A stretch of DNA of 64,000 nucleotides, from contig JAQWFB010000005.1 of NCBI GenBank assembly GCA_028704635.1, positions 26,223 to 90,222 of the forward strand, in the 5' to 3' direction. The position numbers and the translations under genes were made by a program. Source of the stretch: Candidatus Shapirobacteria bacterium (GTDB lineage: Bacteria > Patescibacteriota > Microgenomatia > UBA12405). Positions 56,652 to 64,000 of this stretch are shown here, in pieces; positions within the stretch are counted from its first letter, which is position 1, and each line of letters starts with the position of its first letter. Under the pieces are notes generated by a model. The model saw nothing but the letters and a program-made list of their open reading frames with translations, searched no databases and was not told the DNA's origin.

Positions 56652-57645
56652 TAAAAAGAACGATTGGCAAATAAATTACATTGGTCGAAAAAATAATTCT
56701 AGTGTCGATTACACTCCTTCGATTGAATCAAAAATTATCCCAAAAATAGGTATAAAATTTTATTCGATCAACTGCGGCAAACTGGATCGTCGTTGGCTTC
56801 CAAACACTATTAAAGGCCTTCCCCAAACCACCGCCTCTTTATTTGAATCATTAAAATTAATTAAAAAAATAAAACCAGATATTATTGTTTCTTTTGGTGG
56901 ATATGTTTCTGTTCCAGTAATTATTAGTGGTTTTCTTAAAAAAATACCATCTATTACTCATGAACAAACCCTAACCAATAGTTTAACTACCAAAATTAAT
57001 AGTTTTTTTGTTGATAAAATTGCCCTTTCTTTCAAAAATCAACATCAAAAAGAAAAACTTCCTAAAAATAAAATAGTTGTCACTGGAAATCTTTTAAGAC
57101 AAGAGATTTTTCATCCTCAAAAAAATAAAATAGGAAATGATATTGATATTTTTATAACCGCGGGAAATCAAGGCTCTCACACAATAAATCTTTTAATAAA
57201 AAAAATTCTTCCTAAATTAAAAGACTATTATATTATCCATCAAACAGGCAAAAATGATTTTAATAGTTTTAAACAATTAACCAATATTTACCAAAAATAT
57301 CAGGCTTTTAGTTATTTGGAATCAAGCGACATGGCCTATGTTTTAAATAAAACAAATTTAATTATTAGCCGTTCCGGTGCCAACACTAGCCAAGAAATTG
57401 TCGCATTAAACAAAAAATCAATTTTAATTCCCTTAAAAATCAGTCAACAAAATGAACAATTATTAAATGCTCTCTGGGTTAAAGAAAAAAATCCCCAAAA
57501 TACGGAAATAATAGAAGAAAAAGATATTACTGAAAAAAATATTTTAGAAAATATAAATAAATTAATTACTAATAAAACAAAAAAAGTCGTCATTAAAAAT
57601 ACTGATAATCTAAAACTTTTAAACCTAATTCATGAAATTCTTTAA
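56569..57645 (+). CDS. murG: MurG GlcNAc transferase
   Basis: TGTH.TPA, GGYVSVP, HEQ, TGN.LR, HQTG, SRSGA, EQ..NA. Confidence 0.88.
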   Translation: MNKVKKTIIITGTHLTPALELIRQLKADKKNDWQINYIGRKNNSSVDYTPSIESKIIPKIGIKFYSINCGKLDRRWLPNTIKGLPQTTASLFESLKLIKKIKPDIIVSFGGYVSVPVIISGFLKKIPSITHEQTLTNSLTTKINSFFVDKIALSFKNQHQKEKLPKNKIVVTGNLLRQEIFHPQKNKIGNDIDIFITAGNQGSHTINLLIKKILPKLKDYYIIHQTGKNDFNSFKQLTNIYQKYQAFSYLESSDMAYVLNKTNLIISRSGANTSQEIVALNKKSILIPLKISQQNEQLLNALWVKEKNPQNTEIIEEKDITEKNILENINKLITNKTKKVVIKNTDNLKLLNLIHEIL

Positions 57646-58015
57646 AATTTTTCTATTTGTCATTTTTTTTACTAGCCTTTCTTTTTCTATTTATTCATTT
57701 ACTAATTCTTCTCAAGAAAAAATCAATCCGATTTCAGATAAAAACAATTTTTATTTTCAATTAGAACATGGTTTAAAAACTGCTCAAATTAATATTACAA
57801 AAAACACTATTAAGGATTATCAAAATCAATTAGAATTCTATATAATTAATGAAAGTAACAATCCAACCAAAATTATTTTATCTACTCAAAAAAATCCCTA
57901 TTGGCAGATTGCTTCTTTACAAGAAATTTTAAAAACAGCTAAAATTAATAATAAGCAACTGCAATTAGTTAATCTAAGTATCAACCATCCATATGCAACA
58001 TTCAAAAATAATTAA
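57632..58015 (+). CDS. Small membrane-anchored protein, possible minimal FtsQ/DivIB
   Basis: N-terminal TM; position before ftsA; C-terminal VNLS.NHPY resembles the FtsQ DLR-P end. Confidence 0.45.
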   Translation: MKFFKIFLFVIFFTSLSFSIYSFTNSSQEKINPISDKNNFYFQLEHGLKTAQINITKNTIKDYQNQLEFYIINESNNPTKIILSTQKNPYWQIASLQEILKTAKINNKQLQLVNLSINHPYATFKNN

Positions 58016-59249
58016 TGTAATCGACATTGGCACTTCAAAAGTTACCACACTAGTTGGGCAGTATTTAGATGCTGATGATAAATTTAACATCATTGCCGTT
58101 TCCTCAATTCCATCTCTTGGTTTTCGAAAAGGCCAAATAATTAACTTAGAACAAGCTTCTCAAACCATCACTCAAAGCATCGAATCTGCCGAAAGAATGG
58201 CTGGTTTTCAAATAAACAGTGCCAATATTTCTATTTCTGCTCCTCATATTGAATCAATTAATTCTCATGGTGTTGTTGCCATCAGTAATCCAAATGGTGA
58301 AATAGATATTAACGATATCACTCGTGTAACCGAAGCCGCCAAAGCTATTTCTTTGCCAAGTGGTAAAGAAATAATTCATATTATCCAAAGAAAATTTACT
58401 GTCGACGGCCAAGAAGGTGTCATTGACCCAATTGGAATGAACGGCATCCGACTCGAAGTTGAAGCTCATTTAATTTTAGCCTCTAGCCCGGCTCTTAAAA
58501 ATCTAAAAAAATGTCTTGAAGATATTGGTATTAAAGTCGAATCTTTAACTTATGCTGGTCTCAGCACAGCTACTGCTGCTCTAACCGACACTGAAAAAGA
58601 ACTCGGCGTTGCTCTGGTTGATATTGGTGGTAGTATTACCAATATTACTATTTTTATCGAAGGTTCCCCAGTATTTTCATCAGTCATTCCCATTGGTGCC
58701 AACAATGTTACTAATGACCTTGCTATTGGTCTTCGATTTTCCATTGAAGACGCTGAAAAAATAAAATTAAAATTAGCCAAATTGTTCGAAAACAAAAAAT
58801 TTGAAGATGAAGTTGAATTGTCCCATTTTGACATCCATTCCGAAGACAAGAAAAAAATTTCTCTCCAGACTGCCATTAATGGCATAATTAAACCTCGACT
58901 TGAAGAAATTTTTTGTTTAATTTATTCACAAATTGAAACCAGTGGTTTTCATCAATCAATTCCTGCCGGAATTGTTTTAACTGGTGGCGGCGCCATGACT
59001 GTTAATGCTAAAGAAATTTGCAACCGAACTATTCCTCTTCCACTAAGAATTGCCAATCCACCAAAAGTAGGTGGTATAGTTGATGATATTATGAATCCAG
59101 CTTATACTAGCACTATTGGTCTTTTGCTTTACAATAAAAATGTCAAAAAAGGCAGTGGTTCAAATACTAAAGGTATTAAAGCCCCCAAAATTTCCATGAG
59201 TGGATTTTTTGATAAGATCAAAAAAATACTAGAACCACTTTTACCCTAA
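57993..59249 (+). CDS. ftsA: Cell division protein FtsA
   Basis: [39 protein letters not shown]. Confidence 0.95.
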   Translation: MQHSKIINVIDIGTSKVTTLVGQYLDADDKFNIIAVSSIPSLGFRKGQIINLEQASQTITQSIESAERMAGFQINSANISISAPHIESINSHGVVAISNPNGEIDINDITRVTEAAKAISLPSGKEIIHIIQRKFTVDGQEGVIDPIGMNGIRLEVEAHLILASSPALKNLKKCLEDIGIKVESLTYAGLSTATAALTDTEKELGVALVDIGGSITNITIFIEGSPVFSSVIPIGANNVTNDLAIGLRFSIEDAEKIKLKLAKLFENKKFEDEVELSHFDIHSEDKKKISLQTAINGIIKPRLEEIFCLIYSQIETSGFHQSIPAGIVLTGGGAMTVNAKEICNRTIPLPLRIANPPKVGGIVDDIMNPAYTSTIGLLLYNKNVKKGSGSNTKGIKAPKISMSGFFDKIKKILEPLLP

Positions 59250-59251
59250 AT

Positions 59252-60430
59252 ATGGGATTAATTAAAACTCTTACTGGACAATTTGCCAAAATAAAAGTCA
59301 TCGGAGTCGGTGGCGGTGGTAATAATGCCATTAATTCAATGATTACCGAAGATGCCATCAAAGGTGTCGACTTCATCGCCGTTAATACTGATTCTCAAGC
59401 CCTCTTAAATTCTCTTGCTTCAATCAAAATCCAAATTGGTGAAAAATTAACCAAAGGTCTTGGTGCTGGAGGTAATCCCCAAATGGGACAAAAAGCCGCC
59501 GAAGAATCAAAAGAAAGAATCAAAGAAGTTTTACAAGGCACCGATATGGTTTTTGTCACTGGTGGTATGGGTGGCGGCACATGCACTGGAGCCGCTCCAA
59601 TTATTGCCCAAATCGCCAAAAAAGAATTAGGAATTTTAACTATTGGTGTTGTTACTAAACCATTTTTGTTTGAAGGCACTCGTCGTATGACCAATGCCGA
59701 AGAAGGAATTTCTCAATTAAGAGAAAATGTTGACACTTTAATTGTTATTCCCAATCAAAAAGTCATGGAAGTTGTCAACAATAAGGCAACACTTTTAGAA
59801 GCCTTTAAAATTGCTGATTCTGTTTTAAGCAAAGGAACTAAAGCCATCGCTGATTTAATCACTGTTCCTGGATTAATTAATCTAGATTTTGCCGATATTA
59901 AGGCTGTTATGAGTAATGCCGGCTCTGCTCTTATGGGAACAGGTGAAGCCGAAGGAGAAAATAAAATCCAAAAAGCCGTTGAAGACGCCATTGATTCTCC
60001 ATTAGTTGAAGTTAATATTGAAGGTGCTAGAGGAGTTTTGATTAATGTTACTGGCGGACCCGATATCACCATGTCTGAAATTGAAGAAGCCGCTAGAAAT
60101 ATTACTGAACGAACCGCTCCAGACGCCAATATTATTTTTGGAGCTACCATCGACAAAGAACTCAAAGGCAAAGTTAAGATTTCTGTTATCGCGACTGGGT
60201 TTGACACTAGTCGGGCTAATCTTTATCAGCATATTAAAAAACCACAACCAACTCTAATAAATTTACCAAATCAACCCAAACCCCAAACACAGGAAAATAA
60301 AAATACATTAGAAGAATCAAATCTTAGTGATAATCGAATAAAAGAATTCTTAAATACTAAAGAAGTTCCCACTGGCATCGATATCATCGACGAATACGAT
60401 ATCCCTGCTTTCCTGAGAAAAAATAAATAA
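59252..60430 (+). CDS. ftsZ: Cell division protein FtsZ
   Basis: [38 protein letters not shown]-terminal DIPAFLR. Confidence 0.97.
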   Translation: MGLIKTLTGQFAKIKVIGVGGGGNNAINSMITEDAIKGVDFIAVNTDSQALLNSLASIKIQIGEKLTKGLGAGGNPQMGQKAAEESKERIKEVLQGTDMVFVTGGMGGGTCTGAAPIIAQIAKKELGILTIGVVTKPFLFEGTRRMTNAEEGISQLRENVDTLIVIPNQKVMEVVNNKATLLEAFKIADSVLSKGTKAIADLITVPGLINLDFADIKAVMSNAGSALMGTGEAEGENKIQKAVEDAIDSPLVEVNIEGARGVLINVTGGPDITMSEIEEAARNITERTAPDANIIFGATIDKELKGKVKISVIATGFDTSRANLYQHIKKPQPTLINLPNQPKPQTQENKNTLEESNLSDNRIKEFLNTKEVPTGIDIIDEYDIPAFLRKNK

Positions 60431-60500
60431 AAAACGGCCAAAAACTAAAAACAAATATACCTTTCGGTATCAAATGTTTCAGCTTTCAGCCGTCATTTTT
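60429..60500. terminator. Long bidirectional hairpin terminator, repeat copy 1
   Basis: Minus strand ACGGCTGAAAGCTGAAACA..ATACC-GAAA-GGTAT..TGTTTTTAGTTTTTGGCCGT plus T-tract; lies between convergent ftsZ and small ORF. Confidence 0.75.
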
Positions 60501-60509
60501 ATGGATGCT

Positions 60510-60683
60510 CTAGAGGTTAAATGTCTTTTTGATCAGCCTCCAAGTAAAAACAAAAATAACAAACAAACATACAAGAAAAATAAATAAATGTTTGTCTGCC
60601 AAAATTTCCAAGGCTCCACCAATACCAAGTAATATACCTAAAACCAACACTATTAATACAAAATTACTCCAAAAACTTTTCAT
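60510..60683 (-). CDS. Small 2-TM membrane protein, 57 aa
   Basis: MKSFWSNFVLIVLVLGILLGIGGALEILADKHLFIFLVCLFVIFVFTWRLIKKTFNL; SD GAAAGGAA; own promoter and terminator. Confidence 0.65.
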   Translation of the reverse strand: MKSFWSNFVLIVLVLGILLGIGGALEILADKHLFIFLVCLFVIFVFTWRLIKKTFNL

Positions 60684-60807
60684 TAAATACACTTTCCTTT
60701 CACATCCAATTTTTTATGTACTTCTTTTACAGAAGAACTCAAAAGCTTAATTTCGAGTTATGTAAAAGATTGTATTAGTTTAATAACTTTCGTTATAAAA
60801 CTAACCT

Positions 60808-60836
60808 ATAATATCACACAAGTATTAATTTGTCAA
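60808..60836 (-). promoter_or_regulatory. Consensus sigma70 promoter
   Basis: TTGACA-17 bp (ending TGa)-TATTAT. Confidence 0.75.
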
Positions 60837-60837
60837 G

Positions 60838-60906
60838 AAAAACGGCCAAAAACTAAAAACAAATAACACCTTTCGGTATTAAAGTTTCAGCCTTCAGCCA
60901 TTATTT
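60838..60906. terminator. Long hairpin terminator, repeat copy 2
   Basis: Near-identical to 60431-60500, including the ACC-GAAA-GGT loop. Confidence 0.75.
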
Positions 60907-61023
60907 TTATAGATACTTGAAAATTGGATTATGGCCTATATGTAAAACATAAGCAGCAATTAATCCCGCTATCAAAGCCATTGCTAAAACACCAATTATC
61001 AAAACTTTTTTATCCTTTTCCAT
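60907..61023 (-). CDS. Small single-TM peptide, 38 aa (not in ORF track)
   Basis: MEKDKKVLIIGVLAMALIAGLIAAYVLHIGHNPIFKYL; SD GAAAGGAGTG 7 nt upstream. Confidence 0.65.
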   Translation of the reverse strand: MEKDKKVLIIGVLAMALIAGLIAAYVLHIGHNPIFKYL

Positions 61024-61123
61024 TCCCAAACACTCCTTTCTGTTTTCAAACACCAAAATTTCAAGTATCACTTTTTGTGTAACAATTTAGAAGCTTTTTT
61101 CCAAATTACAAAAACACGGTCTC

Positions 61124-61152
61124 ATCGTATCACTTCTTATATTCTAAATCAA
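61124..61152 (-). promoter_or_regulatory. sigma70 promoter
   Basis: TTGATT-17 bp (ending TGa)-TACGAT. Confidence 0.6.
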
Positions 61153-61186
61153 CATATTAGCTTCAACTATAGTGTAAAATACTACT

Positions 61187-64000
61187 ATGTCTAAATTTAA
61201 AAATATTCCCAGCAATATCAGTTTTCCCGCCATGGAAGAAGAAATCATTTCTTTTTGGAAAGAAAACAAAATTTTTGAAAAATCAGTTGACCAAAGATCC
61301 AACGACAATGCCTACACTTTTTACGATGGCCCTCCATTTATAACCGGAATGCCCCATCATGGTCATTTATTGTCCAGTATTGCCAAAGATATTATTCCTC
61401 GATACCAAACCATGAAAAGTAAAAAAGTTAAACGAGTTTGGGGTTGGGATTGTCATGGCCTTCCTGCCGAAAATAAGGTTGAAGAAAGACTTGGTTTAAA
61501 ATCAAAAAAAGATATTGAACAAATTGGTATCCGTCGATATATTGATGAATGTTATTCTTATGTTCAAAATGTTTCTCAAGAATGGGAATGGTATATCGAC
61601 CATGTTGGTCGTTGGGTAGATTTTAAAAATGCCTATAAAACCATGGATTTAAACTACATGGAAACCGTTATGTGGGTTTTTTCCGAGCTATATAAAAAGG
61701 GATTAATTTATAAAGGTCGCCGAATTTCTTTGTATTGTCCTCGTTGTTCCACTCCGCTTTCAAATTTCGAAATCGCCATGGATAATTCCTATAAAGATGT
61801 CGAAGATCCAGCCATTTCTATTAAATTTAAGTTAAAAGATCGTGACGCTTATATTTTAGCTTGGACCACCACTCCTTGGACTCTTCCTGGGAATTTAGCC
61901 TTAGCTGTTAATAAAAACGAAACTTATGTTGAAGTTTTAGTCAATCAAGAAAATATAATTTTAGCCAAAGATAGGGTTGAATCTGTTTTAATTAATAAAG
62001 AATATAAAATAATTAAAGAATTTAAAGGTCAAGAATTAATTGGCCTTTCTTACCAACCCCTTTACAGCTTTTTTACTGAAACTCTTCCCGACTATAAAAT
62101 ATATCATGCCGATTTTGTTTCTATGACCGACGGTACTGGTATCGTTCATATTGCCCCTGGTTTTGGCGAAGATGATTCAGCCCTAGGTAAAGAAAATAAT
62201 TTATCTGTCATTGATCATGTTGATGACGAAGGAAAAATAATCGAACAAGTCACTCCTTTTGCTGGCCTTTTTGTTAAAAAAGCCGATCCATTAGTTATTG
62301 AAGATTTAAAAAATAGGAACCTGCTTTTCAAAGAAGAAAAAATCAAACACAGCTATCCTTTTTGTTATCGCTGTGGCACTCCATTAATTTATAAATCTCA
62401 AACTGCTTGGTATCTTAATGTTCAATCTATAAAAGATGGCATGAAAACCACCAATCAAAAAATAAATTGGATTCCAGAACATATTAAAAATGGTCGCTTT
62501 GGACAAGGAATTGAAACTGCTCCTGATTGGTGCCTTTCTCGATCTCGATATTGGGCCTCTCCAATTCCTGTTTGGGAATGTGATTGTGGAGAAAAATATG
62601 TTCCTAGTTCCATTGCTGATTTAGAAGCTAAATCTGGTCAAAAAGTAACCAATCTTCATAAACCAGAAATTGATGAAATTTTTATTAAATGTGATAAATG
62701 TGGAAAAGAAGTTCATCGGGTCACTGAAGTTTTAGATTGTTGGTTTGAATCTGGCGCCATGCCTTATGCTGAACGTCATTATCCATTTGATAATAAAGAT
62801 CAGTTAGAAAAAGAATTTCCCGCCGACTATATAGTTGAATATATTGGTCAAACTCGAGGTTGGTTTTACACCCTTCATGTTTTGTCTAATGCTTTATTTA
62901 AATCTGAATCGTTTAAAAATTGTGTTGTTACTGGCACTATTATGGGTACCGATGGTCGCAAAATGAGCAAACTGTTCAAAAACTATCCCGATCCAAAAAT
63001 GGTTCTTCAAAAATATGGCGGCGAAGCCATGCGTTTATATTTAATGGGCGGTGTCATTATGGTTGGTGAAAATATGAATATGAATGAAAAAGAAATAGAA
63101 GACAAAGTTAAATTTGTTCTTTTACCTCTTTGGAATTGTTTTAAATATCTCACCACTTATGCTCAAATGCACAATTGGACTCCAAACTTAAATTCAATTA
63201 ACAATTCTACTAATATTCTTGATCAATGGATTGTCACTAGAACTGATCAATTAACTCAAGAATTTGCCCAAGAATTGGATAAATATATTATTCCCAATGC
63301 TGTTAAATTAATAACTCCCTATATCGAAGATTTATCTCGTTGGTATATTCGTCAATCACGAGATCGATTTGTTAATGGCGATAAAGAAGCTCTTCAAACT
63401 CTATGGCAAGTTCTTATCCAATTTACCAAAACCGCAGCTCCATTAATTCCATTCATCACTGAATATTTTTACCAAAATTTGGTTTTACCCTTTGATTCCA
63501 AAGCCTCAGAATCTGTTCATCTAGAACTTTATCCAGAAACAAAACCAATTGACCAACAATTATTAGATAATATGGTTTATGTTCGAGAAATTTGCGAGCA
63601 GGGAAATATGATCAGAAAAACTAGTAATCTAAATACTAGACAACCTCTCTCAAAAGCCACTATTAACAATTCTCAAAAAATAGATTTAAGTTCCGACTTA
63701 ATTGAAATTATTAAAAATGAATTAAATATTAAAGATGTCGAAATTATTTTAGGAAAAAATAATCTAACAGTTACTCTCGACACTAACATTACTCCAGAAT
63801 TAAAAGCTGAAGGTGATGCTCGAGATTTAATTCGCCAAATTCAAAGTCTTCGTAAAGAAAATCAGTTAAATCTTAAAGATAAAATTAAAATTTTTGCACC
63901 AACTTGGCCAGCTGATTTTGAAAAAGAAATTTTAACAAAAACACTAGGCGTTAGTATTGAAAAATCAGAAAATGTCACGATCTCTTTGGCTACCAACACT
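61187..64000 (+). CDS. ileS: Isoleucine--tRNA ligase, type 2 (partial, runs off window; not in ORF track)
   Basis: FYDGPPFITGMPHHGH, GWDCHGLP, AWTTTPWTL, DGTGIVH.APG.GE.D, DWCLSRSRYW, QTRGWFY, GRKMSK. Confidence 0.95.
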   Translation, partial: MSKFKNIPSNISFPAMEEEIISFWKENKIFEKSVDQRSNDNAYTFYDGPPFITGMPHHGHLLSSIAKDIIPRYQTMKSKKVKRVWGWDCHGLPAENKVEERLGLKSKKDIEQIGIRRYIDECYSYVQNVSQEWEWYIDHVGRWVDFKNAYKTMDLNYMETVMWVFSELYKKGLIYKGRRISLYCPRCSTPLSNFEIAMDNSYKDVEDPAISIKFKLKDRDAYILAWTTTPWTLPGNLALAVNKNETYVEVLVNQENIILAKDRVESVLINKEYKIIKEFKGQELIGLSYQPLYSFFTETLPDYKIYHADFVSMTDGTGIVHIAPGFGEDDSALGKENNLSVIDHVDDEGKIIEQVTPFAGLFVKKADPLVIEDLKNRNLLFKEEKIKHSYPFCYRCGTPLIYKSQTAWYLNVQSIKDGMKTTNQKINWIPEHIKNGRFGQGIETAPDWCLSRSRYWASPIPVWECDCGEKYVPSSIADLEAKSGQKVTNLHKPEIDEIFIKCDKCGKEVHRVTEVLDCWFESGAMPYAERHYPFDNKDQLEKEFPADYIVEYIGQTRGWFYTLHVLSNALFKSESFKNCVVTGTIMGTDGRKMSKLFKNYPDPKMVLQKYGGEAMRLYLMGGVIMVGENMNMNEKEIEDKVKFVLLPLWNCFKYLTTYAQMHNWTPNLNSINNSTNILDQWIVTRTDQLTQEFAQELDKYIIPNAVKLITPYIEDLSRWYIRQSRDRFVNGDKEALQTLWQVLIQFTKTAAPLIPFITEYFYQNLVLPFDSKASESVHLELYPETKPIDQQLLDNMVYVREICEQGNMIRKTSNLNTRQPLSKATINNSQKIDLSSDLIEIIKNELNIKDVEIILGKNNLTVTLDTNITPELKAEGDARDLIRQIQSLRKENQLNLKDKIKIFAPTWPADFEKEILTKTLGVSIEKSENVTISLATNT

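Noticed and set aside
20555-60906. Repeated hairpins as a CRISPR array or integron attC sites
   Set aside because: Only two copies per family, 400-500 bp apart; no cas or integrase gene; no clear RYYYAAC/GTTRRRY ends.
1-64000. Alternative genetic code (UGA=Gly, as in Gracilibacteria/Absconditabacteria)
   Set aside because: Conserved genes are full length in code 11 and TGA acts as a stop (e.g. 1901-1903, 21100-21102).

Overview
Very AT-rich bacterial DNA in the standard genetic code. Gene content and style suggest a CPR/Patescibacteria genome, probably Microgenomates (inference). Bases 1-39.8 kb are mostly a surface-glycosylation region: LegC/NeuD-type sugar enzymes, an inverted WbpA/B/D/E (UDP-GlcNAc3NAcA) block, Ugd, GalE, ManC, two flippases, many GT2/GT4/GT-C transferases, an O-antigen-ligase-like protein and an initiating sugar transferase. 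A Fic protein, an orphan ParA, a divergent Pgk and several tiny self-contained transcription units interrupt it. A DUF4012 protein, recO and glyQS follow, then a division/cell-wall (dcw) cluster (rsmH to ftsZ), two tandem small-membrane-peptide cassettes, and ileS running off the end. The best candidate for an undescribed system is the non-canonical dcw cluster. Where murF and murD normally lie, it carries a Bpt/ATE-like tRNA-dependent aminoacyltransferase, a divergent Mpl/MurC-like ligase, an NlpC/P60 peptidase, a 52-aa LysW-like carrier protein ending in EEK (absent from the ORF track), a fold-type II PLP enzyme and an ATP-grasp ligase. MurE has a non-canonical DDTR specificity motif. Together these suggest unusual peptidoglycan stem-peptide chemistry. 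Other signals: autonomous promoter/structured-UTR/strong-SD/micro-ORF/long-hairpin cassettes in an otherwise leaderless-looking genome, and frame-preserving heptamer repeats inside glycosylation genes. No rRNA, tRNA, CRISPR array or transposase was seen. All calls come from manual motif recognition; no searches were run.
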